Shown here: one piece after another, positions 1 through 16,520 of the stretch
Layout of the letters: each line of letters opens with the position of its first letter
How positions within the stretch are numbered: the first letter of the stretch is position 1
NCBI RefSeq assembly: GCF_009914755.1
Contig: NC_060928.1
Origin: the human T2T-CHM13v2.0 reference genome, Homo sapiens
DNA: 64,000 nucleotides
Direction: 5' to 3' (one strand)
Made by a program: the position numbers and the translations under genes
The notes under the pieces: model-generated
The model's database searches: none
What the model was told of the DNA's origin: nothing
Seen by the model: only the letters and a program-made list of their open reading frames with translations

Positions 1-541
1 GCACCTGTATCACTGGTAAGGGGCTTCAGTGCTAGGCTCAGGACTTTTGTGTTCTGACTCTGAATATTCATAACTCCCTGGAGATATTTTTCAACAAAAT
101 ACCTTTCATCATCTGAAGTTTCTTGGAAGTTAAAAATTTCAATTATATTTTCATGCCCTCTTTTTGGTTTGTCCTATGTTCACCAGGCTCCTTTCCTTAC
201 AGAATAGTTTTTGTGTCTCATTCAATCTCAAGATTTGCCATTTATCCCCACCTTTAACTTTGGTTGCCCTTTCAAGAGCTTTTGTAGAACTTAGATCTGC
301 ACCCCTTCAATTGACTTACATTGCTCTTGTGTTTTGTGTTTGTGCATTCTTTCTCCCTCTCTGCTGTAACCCTTGACACTAACATTGCACATTAAAGTGA
401 GCTATTATCAAGAGCTATTTTAATTCTGTAAAGATTCCTACTCTACACTTAAAGGAATGGTTTGTTTTAAATTGGAGGTATGTGCTTCACTTATCCCTAT
501 TAAAATAACACGAACTTGTCTTCTTTGCCTTTTATCATTAG

Positions 542-671
542 GGGCCCAAATCCCAGCAAAGTGCTACAGCAGTTGTTGGTGCTTCAACCTGAACAGCAGT
601 TAAATATATATAAAACCCTGAAGACTCATCTCATTGAGAAAGGAATCCTACAACCCACCTTGAAGGTATAA
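542..671 (+). CDS. CDS1: CDS1 terminal coding exon (phosphatidate cytidylyltransferase 1, C-terminus)
   Basis: Pyrimidine tract plus AG at 540-541; translates GPNPSKVLQQLLVLQPEQQLNIYKTLKTHLIEKGILQPTLKV then TAA (669-671), recognised as the CDS1 C-terminus. Confidence 0.95.
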
Positions 672-3320
672 CTGGATCCAGAGAGGGAAGGACTGACAAG
701 AAGGAATTATTCAGAAAAACACTGACAGATGTTTTATAAATTGTACAGAAAAATAGTTAAAAATGCAATAGGTTGAAGTTTTGGAGATATGTTTCTCTCT
801 GAAATTACTGTGAATATTTAACAAACACTTACTTGATCTATGTTATGAAATAAGTAGCAAATTGCCAGCAAAATGTCTTGTACCTTTTCTAAAGTGTATT
901 TTCTGATGTGAACTTCCTTCCCCTTACTTGCTAGGTTTCATAATTTAAAAGACTGGTATTTAAAAGAGTCAAACACTATAAAATGAGTAAGTTGACGATG
1001 TTTTAAGATTGCACCTGGCAGTGTGCCTTTTTGCACAAATATTTACTTTTGCACTTGGAGCTGCTTTTAATTTTAGCAAAATGTTTTATGCAAGGCACAA
1101 TAGGAAGTCAGTTCTCCTGCACTTCCTCCTCATGTAGTCTGGAGTACTTTCTAAAGGGCTTAGTTGGATTTAAAAAAAAAAAAAAAAGATTGTCTACTTT
1201 TCAAAGAAGTAACCATTTGCCAGGGGAAAACATTCTGCTTTTAGGTAGTTTCAAAATTCAGGGGAGGGAGCCTGAAATTTTTGCCATGATTGGTTTGTTA
1301 GAAAGAGCAGGCATCAGACTACTTCTGATAAAATTGTTTGGAAGGTCACGACCTCGCAAAAACTTTTCAAGAGCAACAAGGAAGAATTCTGCTGTGAAGA
1401 ACACAGTGTACGGATCCTCCGCATATTATCTCAACAGAGGACAGTAGCTCAGGAGGCAGCTTCAAACGGTGACCTGTGGCCTGGGCCATCTCTTCGTCAT
1501 GTGCTTCACTTTTCCCTGTTTCCCTGTGAACTGGCTTCCATGGTTCTGTAGGGTAGTGAGTCGGGGTTGTGGCTGCAGCAGAGCAGGAGATGCTTGCCCG
1601 AGTGGGAGCAACCCACCCCCGTGTCCCCAATGCCTCACTCCTGGCTTCTAGTGCAGCCCTTTGTAGACTCACCTCGCAAGAAGGAAGATCTGCCTGGAGA
1701 CCTGATCCCAGTCCAGCTTTTTGACCATAGGTCATCTTTGTCCCCTTGCTCCTTTGCATCATGTCATAAAATTTGAGGATATCAGCTGATTATTTTTTCT
1801 TCCAAGAATGAAAATCAAGCAGAATTGATTCCTACACGAAAAAAAAGCACACGAATGCCAAACCTTTCCTTTGGTGGACTGGACACTAACCAGATGAGAG
1901 TAAATTTCTTATCCGTGGACGTATGTAAGCTACTGCTGCTGTGTGCTCTCCACAGCCATATTTATTGTATTAAACAATCAGCACTAAACCTTCAAAAATT
2001 GCCCAGTGTTCCTAGTTAAATGTTCAGAGGGGAGAAATAGATATATTTTAAATAATGTTTTGCTAATGAAAAGAGTAAATATTTTTGTTTAAATCAGCAA
2101 AAACTTTCCATTATTTTATATTTCCGTCTACTATACCTAAAACAAAAGATTGCCGTTATACCTGGGTTCCACTGATGCAGTCAGCCAGCACCTCCTCACA
2201 TGCACACATGATTAGACATAGGTGCACTCGGTACCAAGAGTCCATTTTATGGTCCAGCATATACTCCATTGATTCATCATCACTGCATGTGTTCAGCCAG
2301 TGTATCTCACACTATCCATACAAATCTAAAATTGATACTGGAAATGTTATTATAGGAGGCAGTGATCGCATTTAAAATCAGGCCACCTACAAGTTTAATT
2401 TTCAACATCTCATGTTTTTATTTGTCCCATTACAGCCTCAAATGTTGGTCATAAAAAAAATTTAGGCTACCAAAGTTTAAAGAATAAAATGAAAATTTTA
2501 TAAGAACTTACATTAAAAACTCAGTAGTTTGCATGAGTAAGAACTCCTTGAGATACACAGATCCCCCCACATTTGTATTTAAAATAATTGGTGAGGCATT
2601 GAAATCCAGAATTATAAGAAAGCATTACTGAATATGTGTGTTATAAAATCAATATTATTATAAACAAAATAGGAAGCTAGAAATATTTGGGATCACAGTA
2701 ATAGCTTTTCTCAAATATACTTTTAGAATTGAATGTACATTATCCTATATGTAAAAAAGCAAATTATTAATTTTAATGGAGCTCTCGATTGACCTTTTTA
2801 GCATACTTTTATAGCATGTATATTAAAATAGAATATATTTTAGCAAAAGATTGCCATAAAACCCTGACTTGGCTCATTTTGATATTTGCACTGTGAAGAG
2901 GGCTTAAATTCCAATGTAGCAATGTGGTGGCAGACAAATGAAAAACTAGGAAGTTCTTTCACAGTAATGCCTAGTTGTTCCAAATTTGCTATATTTGGAG
3001 GTGCTCTACTGGTACTTCCTGCTTGACTCTCTGACCTGTGGGATGCACATTCTTCCTCAGCGCTTTTTCCTTGTTGTGGTGACGTACATTCACTATCTGA
3101 GAGTGAAAGACCACACACACCCCTCTTTTTAAAATTATTGTATCTCTTCCTTTTCACTTTGGTTTGAACAAAGATAGTGTCACCTTGTTCCGTGAAAAAG
3201 AAAAAGCATAAACAGTGTATATTTAGGGTATATGGGTGATAGCTTATGATGTGTGTCAATCAGTTCTCTGAATCTTTTACTGAAACTGAGACAGGAAAAT
3301 AAAACTGAAACAAATCATAT
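672..3320 (+). other. CDS1: CDS1 3'UTR (end approximate)
   Basis: Repeat-free AU-rich sequence after the stop; AATAAA at 3298-3303 followed by a T/GT-rich element; proximal AATAAA at 2483-2488. Confidence 0.75.
3298..3303 (+). terminator. Probable distal CDS1 polyadenylation signal
   Basis: AATAAA followed about 20 nt later by TTTTTGACTTTGTTGTG. Confidence 0.7.
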
Positions 3321-4844
3321 TTTGACTTTGTTGTGCCATTTTCTCATTGGAGAAGAAATATTCAACCAGTGTTTACAAAATAATGATGGGTATATGTAAG
3401 TATTATATCGTGTCTATTCCATCACCAGCACCTACAGTGAAATCTTCAGGGCTGGGGATAAAATAAGTTCTGGTGATTACCAAACATCTGTATTTGTTGA
3501 GAGGCAATGTCCTCTTAATACAAAGAGTACTGAACTTTTATGGTATTAGCACAGTTTGTAATTACCTGTGTATTTTTGTGAATCTCTGAATGATGTGTGC
3601 CCCTTACTAGAGCTTTAAGCTATGCAGAGGCCAGATGAAGTCTGTTTGGGTTGGCCGCTGCATACCCAGTGTCTGGCATGATGCCTGCTCTCTGTAGGCC
3701 CTCCAGCTTCTGAAATGCACAAGCTTGGAGCTTGGTCTAAAGACCCAGCTGTACACATTGCCTCTTGTCTCTAGGGCATCTCCTGTCCCCTTCCCCAGAC
3801 CTTTTATTTTGCAGAGTTCTAAGGTGGGCCTCATTATTCCTAGCCAATAGGGTTGTTTTAAGGATTCAGTGAAAACTCATATTGTCCAGCATTAAGTAGC
3901 TGATTAGTAATTCTTAAGTTTCCTTCCCTCCTTCCTGTCTGCTCCTCTTCCATTGCCTGTCTGCAGTGGGAAACGACAGGTTATAGGACTGAGCAGAAAA
4001 CTAACCACCGCTTTGGCCATGTCTGCTTTAGGTGGTGGGTAACGGAAGTGTTCCATGAATGATAGACAAACCGTTGATCCACTTCAGCAAACCCGAAATG
4101 TCTACCTGACCCAGCACTGTGCTTTGTTCTCGCATGAAGAAAAACCTTAGAACTAGTAGTTTTCTGCCTAGTCTTCAGGTCAGACAGGTACAGAAGTAAT
4201 GTCATTTGAAGTGGATATTGATCAGAGTGATGACAGATACATAAACCAGGTGTGTGGGAACACAGGTGACCACCGTCTGACCTCCATAAGACCTGTCTTT
4301 CCTGACCATAGTCCATAGCCAGATCTTTCTGCCCCCCTCTTGAAACTTACAAAGTTTAAAATTCATTCCTTGAAGAGGGGCTGTAAAGATCTGGGAATCT
4401 TTAGTAGCTGCAAAGAAAAATCAGGTCTAGATAATTTAACCAAAATCAGAAGCCATTCCTACCTTAATCTCATCGTTTTCCTGTACAGAAACGGAGAACC
4501 TTCTTAAATCATCAGATAGGCATCAATAATGATTTAGTAAAAGTTGATGAATGGAACATTTCCTGATGATGGGCAAAGTGAGTTTCCAGAAGGAATGGAG
4601 AGAATCCAGCCTGTTCTCTACTGTGTACAAAAGATAGGGCTGGTGAAGCAAGAGCCTTGTCACTCAAGAGAGCGAAAGAATTATTGAGGGAGAGTGCACC
4701 CTAAGGATCGCATTGTCCTCTAGTGGAAGTGAAATTTCAAACTGCTCTCTCTCAACTTGTAACATGAACAGGGTATAGGACTTGGAGTTTAACTCTCAGA
4801 CTTTCTGCTATGCATCTGACTTGAGTTTAATGTGTCCAGATAAT

Positions 4845-5151
4845 TTTCTTTTTTCTTTTCTTTTTCTTTCTTGAGACAGGGTCTCGCTCTGTTGCCCCAG
4901 GCTGGCGTGCAGTGGCATGATCACGGCTCATTGCAGTCTCAACCTCCCAGGCTCAAGCGATCATCCCACCTTTTAGCCTCCTGAGTAGCTGGGACTACAG
5001 GCACATGCCACCATGCTTGGCTAATTTTTTTTTTTTTTTTGGTAGAGATGGGGTTTCACCGCATTGCCCAGGCTGGTCTCCAATTTTTGACCGCAAATGA
5101 GCTGCCTGCCTCTGCCTCCCAAAGTGCTGAGATTACAAGCATGACCTGGCC
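4845..5151 (-). mobile_element. Alu (AluJ-like)
   Basis: T-rich tail then gagacagggtctcgctctgttgcc...cccaaagtgctgagattaca...ctggcc. Confidence 0.92.
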
Positions 5152-5770
5152 TGGATGATTTTCTGTTCGACAATTCAAGCTTCAGATGAGGCCTAGGCAA
5201 GTGATGAGTTTGGGGAACATTCTTGAGTAATCTATTAAATATATTTTTCATTGGTTTTAGTAAATCTCAAGAAGTTGTGAAGAAAAGGAAACAGAGGCTT
5301 CAGCTAGTCCAGGTAAGGCAGATACATATGAATTGTCAGAAATTCCATTTGTTTTTTCCCCCAACAGCTTTACTGAGATATAATTTACATACCATAACAT
5401 TGTGCCACCACCACCAAATCCAGTTTGAGAGCACTTCCATGATCTTCCAAAAAGTTTCCTGGTGCCCATTTGCAGTTAATCCCCACTCCAAGCCTCAGCC
5501 TTTGGCAACCACTGGTCTGCTTCCTGTCTGTGTGATATTTCACATAAATTGAATTATACAGTATGTTTTGCACCTGGCATGTTTTTGCATGTATTAGCAC
5601 TTCTCTCCTGTTTAATATGTTTTGCTAACTCATCAGTTGATGAACATTTGGGTTATTTCCAGTTCGAGGCCCTTATGAAGAATGTTACTATGAATGTGTG
5701 TAGACATACATGTCTTTGTGCAGAAATTTCTTCATTTCTCTCAGGTAGATGGCTAGGGGAGGAATTGCTA

Positions 5771-6226
<456 letters not shown>

Positions 6227-6386
6227 TTATAGACATTCTAGCTGATGGATAGAGGTATTTCATTGTGATTTTCATTTGCATTTCTCTAATGGGTAGTGGT
6301 GGTGTGTCTTTTCATGTGCTTTATTTCTCTTCTGTATGTCTTCTTTGATAAAAATATTCATATCTTTTTGCCCATTTTTAATTAAT

Positions 6387-6711
<325 letters not shown>

Positions 6712-8197
6712 TGAGTTGTAAGAAACCTTATCAGATATATAACTTGCAAATATTTTCTCTCAGGCTTTGGCTTGTCTTTTCTTAATGGTGTCTTTTGAAG
6801 TTTAACATCTTTTAAATTTGATGATGTCCAATTAATTAACTTTGTCTCTTGAGGCTCCTATGTCCAGCCTCAGAGGCAACCAGTAATGGAAGTGTTGCCC
6901 AGGTCTCCTCTGCACCCACGTGTGGCCTCATCTAGGAAAGCGCCTGGCCCAACCACACAGTTCCCAGCTTGTGGTACCATTAGCCCTCCCCTCTCATCCT
7001 CTGAGATTGTCACTTCCACTGACTTCTCTGGGTATGGGTATTGTCCACTGTTGCAAATTGAGCAAGTCCCATTGGACCATCGGAGTCCTCAGAGTCTGTC
7101 CTGCCCTGGCTAAAGCTCTAACCCAGCTGAGCTGGTGGGGGCACATGTGCAGCCCTAGGAAAGGATTCCACAAACACCCACTGTGCTCCAGTTTTTCAAG
7201 CATAAACCTTTTTCATAGTGTATACCTTTGTTCAATTTCTACAGTGCAGAAACATACATTTTGTCCAGCTTTTAATAGATGCTTTTTGGGGAGAGGATTT
7301 GCCACCCCTACTCAGACATAGCTGGAAGTCCCACCTTGACAGTTCTTCTTGATAGCAGGAAGAGAAGGACCAGATCTTAATCCAAATCCAAATATGATGA
7401 CATCACTGCTCCTCAGCTGAGGAGTAGTGACCAAGTGTATACACTAATATTAAAACATAAAAGCGAGGCCAAAATAACTTATGGAAGTTCTAAGTGAGAG
7501 CCCTCACTGAAGGAAGGGGCAGCTTGCTCCCTTGCCCCATTGAGCTCTGGCCCCCAGGAAAGCAAAGGCAGGAAGAGGGCTTCCTACTGATCGTGGCCCC
7601 CTCCATCTTTTTCACAATACATAGCACTTGTCGGCACCCTGAAAAGGCGACTCAGTTCTAAGATCCAGCTTTCAGGAATTTCAAGAGGGTACGTTTTCTT
7701 TGAATGTAATATATACTGCTAAAAGTATTAATTACCACCACCCCCAGAACCTCAATCATTCACTAAATAATGGATATCATATGCCCACTAAACATGGATA
7801 TAGAACCATATTTGAATGAGACATCATTTTAGTATTTGAAATAACTAAATATATCCTGTTCCCTCAAAAGAATGTGCAGATTAGCTGGAGAGATTGTAGA
7901 AGGTGCTGTGATTGTGGTCACCTCAGGAAGGGTTGGAGCTCTAACCTGGGCTGGAGCTAGCAGGGAGTGAGGCAAGGTGGTAGGAAAAGTCCAGGTGGGA
8001 TCAGAGACCCCGGCGCATTCTGAGGCTGCTAGAAGAGGCTGTCACTGTCACTACTTTCTCACCAGATACCTTCTTGAAAGTATTGGAAAGTGACCTGTCC
8101 CCAAATAAGAGTGACTTACATTTTAATGAGCGCTTGAAGGGGGCACAGAGGGCATACAGTTTGGTTGGTGCTGTTCCCTGAGAATAAAAACTGATTG

Positions 8198-8734
8198 GAT
8201 ACATTGCTGGTTTGAATGTAAAATGATGCAATGGCTTTGGAAAACCGTCTGAGAGCTGCTCAAAATGTAAAACGGAGTTACCATATGATCCAGCAAGCCC
8301 ATTTCTTGGTATATATCTAAGAGAAATGTAAACATTCATCCGTACGAAAACCTGTACATGAATGTTTACAACATCATGATTCACAATAGTAAAAAAGTGG
8401 AAACAGCCTAAACACCATGGCTGAATGGATGAATAAGATGTAGTCTATCCATACAATGGGCTACTACTTGGAAATCAAGAGGCATGAAACACTGATAATG
8501 TTGTGATACAGATGAAGCTCAAAAAGGTTAAAAGTGAAATAAACCATTCACAAAAGACCACATATTGCATGATTCCATTAGATAAAATGTTCAGATTGGG
8601 CAACTCTATAGACAAAGTGGGTCAGTGGTTGGTAGAGGCTGGGGGCAGGAGGAGACTAGGGAGTAACTGCTAATGGTAAGGGGTTTCTTTTTGGGTGATG
8701 AAAATGTTCTGAAATTAGATTGTGACAATGGTGA
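8198..8734 (+). mobile_element. L1M (MB/MC-type) 3' end; resumes at about 11333-11420 after the THE1 insertion
   Basis: ccatatgatccagcaa...ggtatatatctaagagaaatg and gggtgatgaaaatgttctgaaattagat; continues as ggtggcaaaactctgaatatacc after 11332. Confidence 0.8.
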
Positions 8735-11332
<2,598 letters not shown>

Positions 11333-11769
11333 GGTGGCAAAACTCTGAATATACCAAAACATACTGAATTGTAGACTTGATGATTTTTACAGTAAGTTAA
11401 TTATGTATCAAAGTTGTTAAAATATCTGATTGGAGAATCTGTAATGATGGGGCAGGGATGGGATGGGGGAGTATTCTAGGACTGGGTATGGGACAGGGAA
11501 GGGCTGCCAGCTGACCCCAAATGGGAACCCCACAATAGGTCCAGTAGCCCCTCCTGGATCTGTCTGCTAGGCAGGGTTGAGGGGTGGGGGCTGCCCTGGA
11601 ATATTTCATCCTCCCCAGTTAGGCTGGACTAGGAAAAGGAGGGGAAGAGGCTTTCTTCTCTGGCATTGCTACGAAGACCCGGTGGCCTCCATCCTGGGGT
11701 GCTGGGTGGGTGATTCCATAGGCAGAGGGTGCCTTGCTCAAGGTAACTTCAAGGAATGAGGAACTTTCA

Positions 11770-12076
<307 letters not shown>

Positions 12077-12217
12077 AAACCAAACCCCAGTGAGCATTTC
12101 AAGCACATGTGTTCAGGCATGTGGTATATGAAGGCTCCAATTCAACACAAGAAAGATGATGTAAGATGTTTACAAAAACAGATTGCATTACAGTTGAGGG
12201 CAAGCCAAGGGCTGCCT

Positions 12218-12650
12218 CTTATTCATTCAACACATCTATTGAGCAGCCACTCTGTCAGATACAGTTTTAGAACCCCATGCAGCAGTGAGTGAAACAGACA
12301 AAAGTATCCGTGGTCATGTAGCTTACACTTTGCTAGGGAGACACAAATAAATAGTAGCATAGCACATTGTGGAGGGTTTCAGAGAAGGGTGATTATGAGG
12401 AAGTCAGAGGGAGGGAAATTGCAATTGTAAATACTGTAGGTTGGTCAAGGGAGGCCTCACTTACAAGGTGACATTTGAGGAAAGACTTGGAGAAGGTGAG
12501 GGAGGAAGAGGAGCACACCTGGAGTAGGATCCTTGCAGGTAGAGAGCAGAGCCAGGGAATGGCCCTGCAGCAGAGGAGGCCCTAGCCCAGGATGGAGCAG
12601 AAGGTGTGAGGGGTAAGAAGGTGAGGAGCCCTGCAGGGCTTGACACAGAA
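12218..12650 (-). mobile_element. L2 fragment
   Basis: ttattcattcaaca (L2 3' end, antisense) and aaggtgacatttgag. Confidence 0.7.
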
Positions 12651-14024
12651 TGGGCAATTGCAGCACACGCACAGTGACTGCTGTGTCACAAAACCCAATC
12701 ACAACACCCAGTCCTCAAACTAAGGGGGGAACGATGTTAAAAGAATTCACTCACAGTATATCACAGCAAACATAAAGGCTGGACAAGAGTCCACATTTAA
12801 AAGAGGAAGAAGAAAATCAATGGCATGACACCTATGCAAAAGGCAGGCAGGCAAGAAGGCAGGACAAAAGTTTGCAAAAGACCAGGAATGCAGTGGCGGG
12901 TCAGGGGGTGGGGGCAGTGGAGTGAACAAGGGGGAATAGGGGAGAACCTTTAGGAAGGCCTGGTATCATACAACAGTAATTCAAAAAAGGACAAAGATGA
13001 GATAACAATGATATGAAAATCTGGAGCGCAGAGCAAAGAAAACATATTGTGGAAGAAAGTATTACTGAATTAGAAACAGTAAGGAATGGAATACACTTGC
13101 TGAAAATCTAATTACAGATACCTGTGTGAAGGCAAGCCTCTCATTTATAGGCCGGAAAGTTCTTGGAGAGGGTACTTACATCATTTTAAAAAATCATCTT
13201 CAAGGCCCAGCTAAGTATGTATTAGCACAAACACAGATTGCTACCTTAGAAGGAAAAAGACATCCACATTCGCAGATTTGAACTTGAACCATAGCACACT
13301 TGATAACATTGCTTTAGGAGAACTTTGTTTCTTTTTTCTTCTTGGCAGAATCGGCCAGCAGCAGACTCAAAGGATCCTCAAGTTTATAACCAAAGACTGC
13401 TTAGTTGACCTTTGCTCCATGGTGGATTTCTTGAGAATCAGTTTGCAAAGGAGCAGCTTCCTTTTATGAAGGGAAACTTTATGCAGGGAAATCACATTTT
13501 TAGGATATAGCTTTTGTTTGAAGTTTGTAGTAGGGCCTGAGGGCAAGACCCTAAACAAGTTGTTTTTCTTTAACTCTGTCCTCTGCACTGGAATGCAGCT
13601 TGCAACTCTTCTTTGCCTTTGTTGAGCAGGAAGCATGATAGCTGAAGGCCAAGGTTGAAGTTCGGATGCTTTATCTTCTTGATAAAGAAGGGCATAATTA
13701 TGCACGGATAATATTGAAATAACATCCAAAGTACACTTGCACTGTAGTCACCTAAAAGAAAATTGGGAAATACTAACTGGGAGTTGTTTGTAAAGAGCCT
13801 TGGCCTGGGTGTCAGAGGCTTAGGAGCAGAGCTGGGAATTCTACTTAAAAAGTCTACTTTGGACTTGATGACTTTGAATAGCCCTTCCCACTGTAGCATT
13901 CTGCCTCCTGTATATCTGACTGAAGGTGAACTCCCTGCCATTGGCGTTCATTTGGCATTCAGATGTTTCAGTGCATCATCCCTTTTATGTTCGTATTTCC
14001 AAGTTAACACTGGAATGTACTGAC

Positions 14025-14212
14025 AACACATTTGTCAGGCACTACCCTTCCTATATATATTACCACATCGAATCCTTATAACAATTCTCTGGGGGCAGGT
14101 ATCCTAATACAAATTTTCCATATAAGGAAACTCAGACCTAGAGTGGCTAAGTCACTCACCTGAGAGCACACAGTAAGTGGTAGAATGGGAGCTTAGCCCC
14201 TAGACTGACTCT
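14025..14212 (-). mobile_element. MIR
   Basis: ataaggaaactcagacctagagtggctaagtcactcacctgagagcacacagtaagtgg matches the MIR core. Confidence 0.7.
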
Positions 14213-16520
14213 CCTGATAGTTTATTATACTAGTTAGAACTGTATCTAATATTAAAAGATTCGTATTAGCAGTTTCTTTTATATTATCAAAATTTTAGAG
14301 TCTTGAATAGAAATAATAATGTGATTTTAAAAGTCCTTATTTGAAACCCCAACATGCTTTTGAGCTGTAGAGGTGGTATCCCAGTAGCTGGGGGTAGCCG
14401 CCAAAACACTTCAGTGTGATAGGGCCTGGTCTTGCTCTCAGGAGGTTTCAATGGGAGCCCAGTTGAAAGCACTGGATTAGTGATTAGGAATATCATTACT
14501 GAATGAGATTGCATGCATGCTACCTTACAATTTAGGTAGCCTCATCTCATGTCTTCTTCTTGGACCAGTGGTTCTCAAGGGGTTTCCAGGCCCCCAGGAG
14601 TCCGGAGACCCTTTTAGAGGGTCTGCAAGGTTTTCATAGTACTACTAAAACACTACCCTTTTTGCTGCATTGATATTTTTATTGAGGTACAAAAGCAGTG
14701 GTGGGTAGAACTGTTGGAACCTTAGTATGGTGGCACCAAACTACTAGTAGTAGTGATCATATTCTTCATAACCAAACACTTGCAGTAAAAACACAAGTGC
14801 CTCTTTGACTTAAGAATGACCTTGGAGAAGCAATAAAAATTATTACTTTTATTAAATCTTGGTCCTTAAGTAGAGTGACACAAGATGAGAAGTACCCATA
14901 AAGCACCTGCATACTGAAGTACAACATTTGTCTCAAAGAGAAGCACTTGTGTGACTGAATTGTGAGCTGAATTCTCTGCCTTTCTCATGGAATACTATTT
15001 TTATTGAAAGAACAACTGACAAGCTATGGTTCTATGGATGGTATGTTCTCAAATATTAACAAAGTGAGCCTATCCCTTCAAAGAAAACAGCAGACAGAAT
15101 TTATTGCCAATGATAAAATTTTAGGTTTTAAGCAAAAATAAGAATTTGTTGTAGAATTTGTGTCTGTCACTATGACTTAAAATTTTCTGATACTGCTGGT
15201 GGTATTTTAATGTATATGATAATGTGATTTTTTTGATATTATATAATGAAATATGTCAACATTTAGAAGTTCTACATATACTGTTTCTGTCTCTGGTGCT
15301 TGAATCAGGATTTAAAAATAATTTTCTAAATGATCAATGCAAGATGCTGTAAAATTATGGATGTGTAAAAAAATAAATTCAAAGTGCAAGATAGACCCAT
15401 GGATTTTAGTGTCATAATATTAAAAGTTCATTGGCATCATTTCAGAGTCCACATAGTAATTAATCTTTAAGAAACTTAAACTATTAAAAAACTTAAAACT
15501 ATTATCTTAAGAAGCAATGATCTGAAAAAGCAATTATAATATTCCAGCTCGAAAAACTGAAAGCCTTTCCTTTAAGATCTGGAACAAGACAAGGATGCCC
15601 ACTTTCACTGTTACTCAACATAGTGTCCTAGCTGGAGCAATCAGAAAAGAGAAAGAAAAGGCATCTAAATTGGAACAGAAGTAGTCAAATTATTCTTGTT
15701 TGCAGATGGTATGCTCTTATATTTGGGAAAACCTAAAGACTCCACTAAAAAAAATTAGAACTGATAAATTCAGTAAAATTGCAGGATACAAAATCAACAT
15801 GCAAAAATCAGGAGCATTTCTATATGCCAACAGTGAACAATATGAAAAAGAAATCAAGAAAGTAATCCCATTTACAATAGCTACAAATAAAGTAATATAC
15901 TTAGGAATAAACTTAACCAAAGAAATGAAAGATCTCTACAATGAAAACTGCAAAAGACTGATGAAAGAAACGAAAGAGGACACACAAAAAATGGAAATAT
16001 ATTCCATGTTCATGGAATGGAAGAATCAGTGTTGTTAAAATGTCCATACTACCCAAAGCAATCTACAGATTCAATGCAATTCCTATCAAAATATCAATGA
16101 CATTCTTCACAGAAATAGAAAAAATAATCCTAAAATTTATGTGGAATCACCAAATACCCAGAATAGCCAAAGCCACTGTGAACAAAAGGAACAAAACTGG
16201 AGGAATCACATTACCTGACTTCAAATTGCAACTACAGAGCTATAGTAATCCAAACAGCCTTGGACTGGCATAAAAACAGACACATAGCTCAATGGAACAG
16301 AATAAAGAATCCAGAAATAAAACCATACCTCTACAGTGAACTCATTTTTGACAAAACTGCCGAGAACATATATTGAGGAAAGGACAGTCCATTCAATAAA
16401 TCCTGTTGTGGAAACTAGATATCCATATGTGGAAGAATGAAACTAGACTCCCTATCTGCCACTATATACAAACATCAAATCAAAATGGATTAAAGATTTA
16501 ATTCTAAGACCTAAAACTAT

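Noticed and set aside
1172-1187. A16 run as a possible mRNA end
   Set aside because: Genomic A tract without an upstream polyA signal; more likely an oligo-dT internal-priming site
1031-1762. 138-aa and 131-aa ORFs in the CDS1 3'UTR
   Set aside because: No recognisable domain; the + ORF starts at a non-ATG codon and crosses a poly-A run; consistent with chance UTR ORFs
15700-16273. Reverse-transcriptase-like ORFs
   Set aside because: Frameshifted fragments of a dead, 5'-truncated L1 ORF2
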